Positions 51,004 to 56,332 of a DNA stretch of 56,332 nucleotides are shown piece after piece (position 1 is the stretch's first letter; each line of letters starts with the position of its first letter). A program made the translations under genes and the position numbers. The notes beneath the pieces were generated by a model, which was given only the letters and a program-made list of their open reading frames with translations, made no database searches and was not told the origin of the DNA. This DNA comes from Octopus bimaculoides. Lineage: Eukaryota. The stretch spans positions 14,931,750-14,988,081 of the forward strand of contig NC_068996.1 of the NCBI RefSeq assembly GCF_001194135.2, written 5' to 3'.

Positions 51004-51222
51004 CATGGTGGGCGCTGAAAAGCTCCTAGCTTTGTATAAAAGAAAATATAGAAGGATCAGTTAATTATGATTTTATTCAACATATTCGCCTCTTAGATTC
51101 ACACACTTATTGCAGCGGTACTTTAGTTTTTTCTAAGCCCTATAAAAGAACTCAGAAGGTTGGATCTCCAACCAGGCCTTTCGCGACACCCTTAAACCCA
51201 AGAACTTTTTAGTAACCCCTCT
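51004..51222 (-). mobile_element. Mariner-derived MITE retaining the last ~35 transposase codons
   Basis: TA-flanked TIRs catggtgggcgctgaaaagctcctagcttt / aaacccaagaactttttagtaacccctct. The minus strand reads AWLEIQPSEFFYRA*KKLKYRCNKCVNLRGEYVE*. Confidence 0.82.
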
Positions 51223-51914
51223 TATATTATATAATTCGTTGTCGTTCGTCTTCGGCAGGATTNNNNNNNNNNNNNNNNNNNNNNNNNNNNNNNNNNNNNN
51301 NNNNNNNNNNNNNNNNNNNNNNNNNNNNNNNNNNNNNNNNNNNNNNNNNNNNNNNNNNNNNNNNNNNNNNNNNNNNNNNNNNNNNNNNNNNNNNNNNNNN
51401 NNNNNNNNNNNNNNNNNNNNNNNNNNNNNNNNNNNNNNNNNNNNNNNNNNNNNNNNNNNNNNNNNNNNNNNNNNNNNNNNNNNNNNNNNNNNNNNNNNNN
51501 NNNNNNNNNNNNNNNNNNNNNNNNNNNNNNNNNNNNNNNNNNNNNNNNNNNNNNNNNNNNNNNNNNNNNNNNNNNNNNNNNNNNNNNNNNNNNNNNNNNN
51601 NNNNNNNNNNNNNNNNNNNNNNNNNNNNNNNNNNNNNNNNNNNNNNNNNNNNNNNNNNNNNNNNNNNNNNNNNNNNNNNNNNNNNNNNNNNNNNNNNNNN
51701 NNNNNNNNNNNNNNNNNNNNNNNNNNNNNNNNNNNNNNNNNNNNNNNNNNNNNNNNNNNNNNNNNNNNNNNNNNNNNNNNNNNNNNNNNNNNNNNNNNNN
51801 NNNNNNNNNNNNNNNNNNNNNNNNNNNNNNNNNNAAGATAGGGTGGTCACATCTAGACCGCCTTTACGTTCTGCTCGGAAGTCTACTCAGTCACAGAAAA
51901 CCTGACACCATCAG

Positions 51915-51958
51915 ACATCATCCTCATTGTGACCACCACCACCACCACCACCACAACC

Positions 51959-51989
<31 letters not shown>

Positions 51990-52395
51990 ACAACAACAAC
52001 AACAATAGTGACCACAGCAATTATAAGCTCACGAAAGATTTTGCCGGTCGTTCAATCAGCAAGAAATACCAGCCAAATCTTTGTACAATCGCATAAAGAT
52101 GAGAGAGGCATAACCCATTGGATATTGTAGTTATGTGTATTTCAAAAAGTAGAGATGGTCACAGTCGGAATGTTTTACTTCACAGACCTATTTACTTAAG
52201 ACAGAACTCTGAACAACAGCAACTTCATTAGCATTAAGAACAACAATACCACTCTTGTATAGTGGCGGCGGCGGCGGCGGTGGTGATATTGGTGGTGGTT
52301 GTCATGGATGTGGTGATGTTGTTGTTGTTATTGACGACGACGATGATGATGATGATGATGATGATCATGGTAGTGGCGGTGATGGTGATGTTATT
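51915..52395. repeat. Trinucleotide arrays (CAC)/(CAT)/(CAA) and (GGC)/(GGT)/(GAT) flanking a family D repeat (52040-52225)
   Basis: Directly visible; ggtcgttcaatcagcaagaaata..atggtcacagtcggaatg matches 19625-19825. Confidence 0.8.
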
Positions 52396-53168
52396 TAGTT
52401 GGTGTTATCAACGTTATCAAAAACAAGACATACGTATGTATGTATGTATGTATGTATATATATATATANNNNNNNNNNNNNNNNNNNNNNNNNNNNNNNN
52501 NNNNNNNNNNNNNNNNNNNNNNNNNNNNNNNNNNNNNNNNNNNNNNNNNNNNNNNNNNNNNNNNNNNNNNNNNNNNNNNNNNNNNNNNNNNNNNNNNNNN
52601 NNNNNNNNNNNNNNNNNNNNNNNNNNNNNNNNNNNNNNNNNNNNNNNNNNNNNNNNNNNNNNNNNNNNNNNNNNNNNNNNNNNNNNNNNNNNNNNNNNNN
52701 NNNNNNNNNNNNNNNNNNNNNNNNNNNNNNNNNNNNNNNNNNNNNNNNNNNNNNNNNNNNNNNNNNNNNNNNNNNNNNNNNNNNNNNNNNNNNNNNNNNN
52801 NNNNNNNNNNNNNNNNNNNNNNNNNNNNNNNNNNNNNNNNNNNNNNNNNNNNNNNNNNNNNNNNNNNNNNNNNNNNNNNNNNNNNNNNNNNNNNNNNNNN
52901 NNNNNNNNNNNNNNNNNNNNNNNNNNNNNNNNNNNNNNNNNNNCCTACACCACCCTCGCATTCACTTCCCTTTTCCTCTTCCTCTTGTTGTTGTTGTTGT
53001 TGTCGTCGTTGTTGTCGTCGTTGTTGTTGTGGTTGTTGCTTCTGTTGTTGTTGTTGTTATGGGTTCGACTCATCCATCATATGTGAGTTTTCTGCGCTGA
53101 CACGCTGAAGGGAGTTGCCAAGAGACCCTCCGGAGAAAGAAGCGGTAACGAACCAGCAGTAGTAGAAG

Positions 53169-53208
<40 letters not shown>

Positions 53209-53920
53209 TACTGATGGAGCACCTTCCTTGCTGTTCATGTAAATGAAAAAAATTCATTGACCCGCAACAGACATGCGAAGTTGGACTTTGGTGCAAAGCA
53301 GAACGAACGAGGTATATTGGTACTGGGAGATGGGGTGGTGATGATGGTGGAGGTGGTGGTGGCGGTTGTGTATGTATGGAAAAAAACAAAAAGAAAAGAA
53401 CTCTTGAGAGGAGGAAATGGAAATTAAGATGAGAATTGGAAGAAAATTTAAAGATTCTCTCAGACGGAATGAAAAAGGGTAAATTATTCAGAATAAATAA
53501 ATAAACTAACAAATAAAACAGTGTCTTAGTTTCACGCACGAATATAAACATGTACATAGTCGCACTGGCACATATAGTCTATACACACATATACACATAG
53601 ATACAAGTGTGTATATAGGCATAAGTGTGTATATGTTTGTGTTTGTATAAGTGTATATATTGTGACACTACTAGACACAAAGATTTATTCGCATGCATAC
53701 GTACAAACATGTTTATGTGTTTGTGAGTGTATTTGTTTGTGTGTTTGTTAGTATGAATATGTCCATGTTCTTTAGCATGTGTGTCAAAAGTTACACATAT
53801 GAGTTTGAATGTATTTAAAGGCAAAAACACAAACGCATATATTCACAGAAATACATATATGTATGTATGTATGTAAAGGGAAGGTGAATATCTATTCAGC
53901 TATCTTATATGTTTGTCTGT

Positions 53921-55110
53921 CTGTAGCGTTTTGCTTCCGGGTTCAGTCTAACTGCGTGGCACCTTGGTACTATGCCATCTACTATAGTTGAAAGACCAAA
54001 GCCTCGTGAGTGGCTTTGATTGAGAAAAACTGTAAGAAACCACTTATATATATAGACATATATATNNNNNNNNNNNNNNNNNNNNNNNNNNNNNNNNNNN
54101 NNNNNNNNNNNNNNNNNNNNNNNNNNNNNNNNNNNNNNNNNNNNNNNNNNNNNNNNNNNNNNNNNNNNNNNNNNNNNNNNNNNNNNNNNNNNNNNNNNNN
54201 NNNNNNNNNNNNNNNNNNNNNNNNNNNNNNNNNNNNNNNNNNNNNNNNNNNNNNNNNNNNNNNNNNNNNNNNNNNNNNNNNNNNNNNNNNNNNNNNNNNN
54301 NNNNNNNNNNNNNNNNNNNNNNNNNNNNNNNNNNNNNNNNNNNNNNNNNNNNNNNNNNNNNNNNNNNNNNNNNNNNNNNNNNNNNNNNNNNNNNNNNNNN
54401 NNNNNNNNNNNNNNNNNNNNNNNNNNNNNNNNNNNNNNNNNNNNNNNNNNNNNNNNNNNNNNNNNNNNNNNNNNNNNNNNNNNNNNNNNNNNNNNNNNNN
54501 NNNNNNNNNNNNNNNNNNNNNNNNNNNNNNNNNNNNNNNNNNNNNNNNNNNNNNNNNNNNNNNNNNNNNNNNNNNNNNNNNNNNNNNNNNNNNNNNNNNN
54601 NNNNNNNNNNNNNNNNNNNNNNNNNNNNNNNNNNNNNNNNNNNNNNNNNNNNNNNNNNNNNNNNNNNNNNNNNNNNNNNNNNNNNNNNNNNNNNNNNNNN
54701 NNNNNNNNNNNNNNNNNNNNNNNNNNNNNNNNNNNNNNNNNNNNNNNNNNNNNNNNNNNNNNNNNNNNNNNNNNNNNNNNNNNNNNNNNNNNNNNNNNNN
54801 NNNNNNNNNNNNNNNNNNNNNNNNNNNNNNNNNNNNNNNNNNNNNNNNNNNNNNNNNNNNNNNNNNNNNNNNNNNNNNNNNNNNNNNNNNNNNNNNNNNN
54901 NNNNNNNNNNNNNNNNNNNNNNNNNNNNNNNNNNNNNNNNNNNNNNNNNNNNNNNNNNNNNNGTAACTTAGCGGTTCGGCAAAAAGAGACCGATAGAATA
55001 AGTACTAGGCTTACAAAGAATAAGTCCCGGGGTCGATATGCTCGACTAAAGGCGGTGCTCCAGCATGGCCGCAGTCAAATGACTGAAACAAGTAATAGAG
55101 TAATAGAGTA
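53921..55110 (+). mobile_element. Bipartite SINE A/B split by (TA)n and gap 54066-54962
   Basis: A half at 53921-54050; the B half (54963-55110) starts immediately after the gap on the same strand. The join across the gap is inferred. Confidence 0.65.
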
Positions 55111-55113
55111 ATA

Positions 55114-55149
<36 letters not shown>

Positions 55150-55170
55150 TGTATGTATGTATGTATGTAT

Positions 55171-55350
55171 AATCAAACGGTGTTGGGCTTTTTTATGTCT
55201 CCGTAACTTAACAGTTCCGTAAAAAGAGACAGATAGAAAAAACAACCAGGATTTAAAGAAGTATTGGAGTCGATCTCTTCGACTAAGACCTTTAAACGCG
55301 GTGCCCCAACATGGCCAGAGTCAAATGAATGAAACAAGAAAAAAAAAGAT
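55171..55350 (+). mobile_element. SINE B half after (GTAT)n
   Basis: ccgtaacttaacagttccgtaaaaagagac..gcggtgccccaacatggcc..tcaaatgaatgaaacaag. Confidence 0.75.
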
Positions 55351-56036
55351 GAAATATATATATGTATGAATATTATCTATTTATCTATCTCTATACATAC
55401 ATATATAAAGCTGTATAAGACAGACAGATAGACAGACAAATAGACAGTCAGATAGATAGAAGGATAGATAGGTAAATAGATAGATAGATGTGTGTATGTG
55501 TGCACGTGTGTGAGAGTATGTGCGCGTGCGTGCTTCTTTCTACGTGTGTATATGTACTCATGTATGAATTTCTATACACATACATGCATACATATATAAG
55601 TATATACAGACACGTATACATACGTACATAGATGCATTTACTGTGTCACACTCATACTCGTCTACATATAAGGTCAGATGCTCATTATATTGGAGCGAGG
55701 GTTTTTAAGATTTGGACGTTACCTTCGTACAGGTGCACTGACACACGTAACAACAAATCCGAACAGAAAGAAGCTTTGAAATGTTTGCGTTCTCCATCAA
55801 AGAAAAGATTTGAATGATTCGTATTCTCCTTATACAATCGATCAGAGATACAGTGACAGTATTTAAAACGTTTCGGGTATTCTCAATTTGAGGCTTCTGG
55901 GTGAACATGTGCATTCAATTACGTTTTCATAAAAAAACAATACGCACATAAACAGTCCACACATGTATTTTATTGTGGCATGAATGACAACGGGTGCAAG
56001 TTTTCCAGATGCATTCGTATAAGCAAGGGTATACCT

Positions 56037-56332
56037 TGCTGGCACTCCGTCGCTTACGACGTCGAGGGTTCCAGTTGATGCGATCAACGGAACAGCCTGC
56101 TCGTGTACTTAACGTGCAAGTGGCTGAGCACTCCACAGACACGTGTACCCTTAATGTAGTTCTCGGGGATATTCAGCGTGACACAGTGACACAAGGCTGA
56201 CCCTTTGAATTACAAGCACAACAGAAACAGGAAGTAAGAGTGAGAGAAAGTTGTGGTGGAAGAGTACAGCAGGGTTCACTACCATCCCCTGCCGGAGCCT
56301 CGTGGAGCTTTAGGTGTTTTCGCTCAATAAAC
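56037..56332 (-). mobile_element. Family E SINE running off the window end
   Basis: Reverse complement of ~28497-28790 and nearly identical to 45911-46214. Confidence 0.9.

Noticed and set aside
52250-52395. Gly/Asp-rich frame after ttgtatag
   Set aside because: A degenerate triplet microsatellite typical of this sequence; it ends in a stop with no convincing donor.

Overview
Eukaryotic, AT-rich draft-assembly sequence with 18 N-gaps, dense microsatellites and no recognisable intact gene. The repeat families look most like an octopus (coleoid cephalopod) genome; this is an inference from my recollection of the SINEs and no search was run. Most of the window is transposon debris: several tRNA-headed SINE families (labelled A/B, C, E, F, G here), two decayed R4-like REL-endonuclease LINEs, two Penelope-like (PLE) GIY-YIG fragments, three Tc1/mariner relics and several MITEs. 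Two signals stand out. (1) Minimal hammerhead-ribozyme-like motifs occur in at least three unrelated short repeat contexts, including a ~160-bp element with 4 copies and a 116-bp inverted repeat; none has a fully canonical core. (2) A phase-consistent chain of candidate plus-strand exons in the first 6.9 kb includes micro-exons and ends in ...EEVTDV-stop, a class I PDZ-type terminus, followed by AATAAA. Nearly all ORFs in the supplied track are microsatellite or N-gap artefacts.
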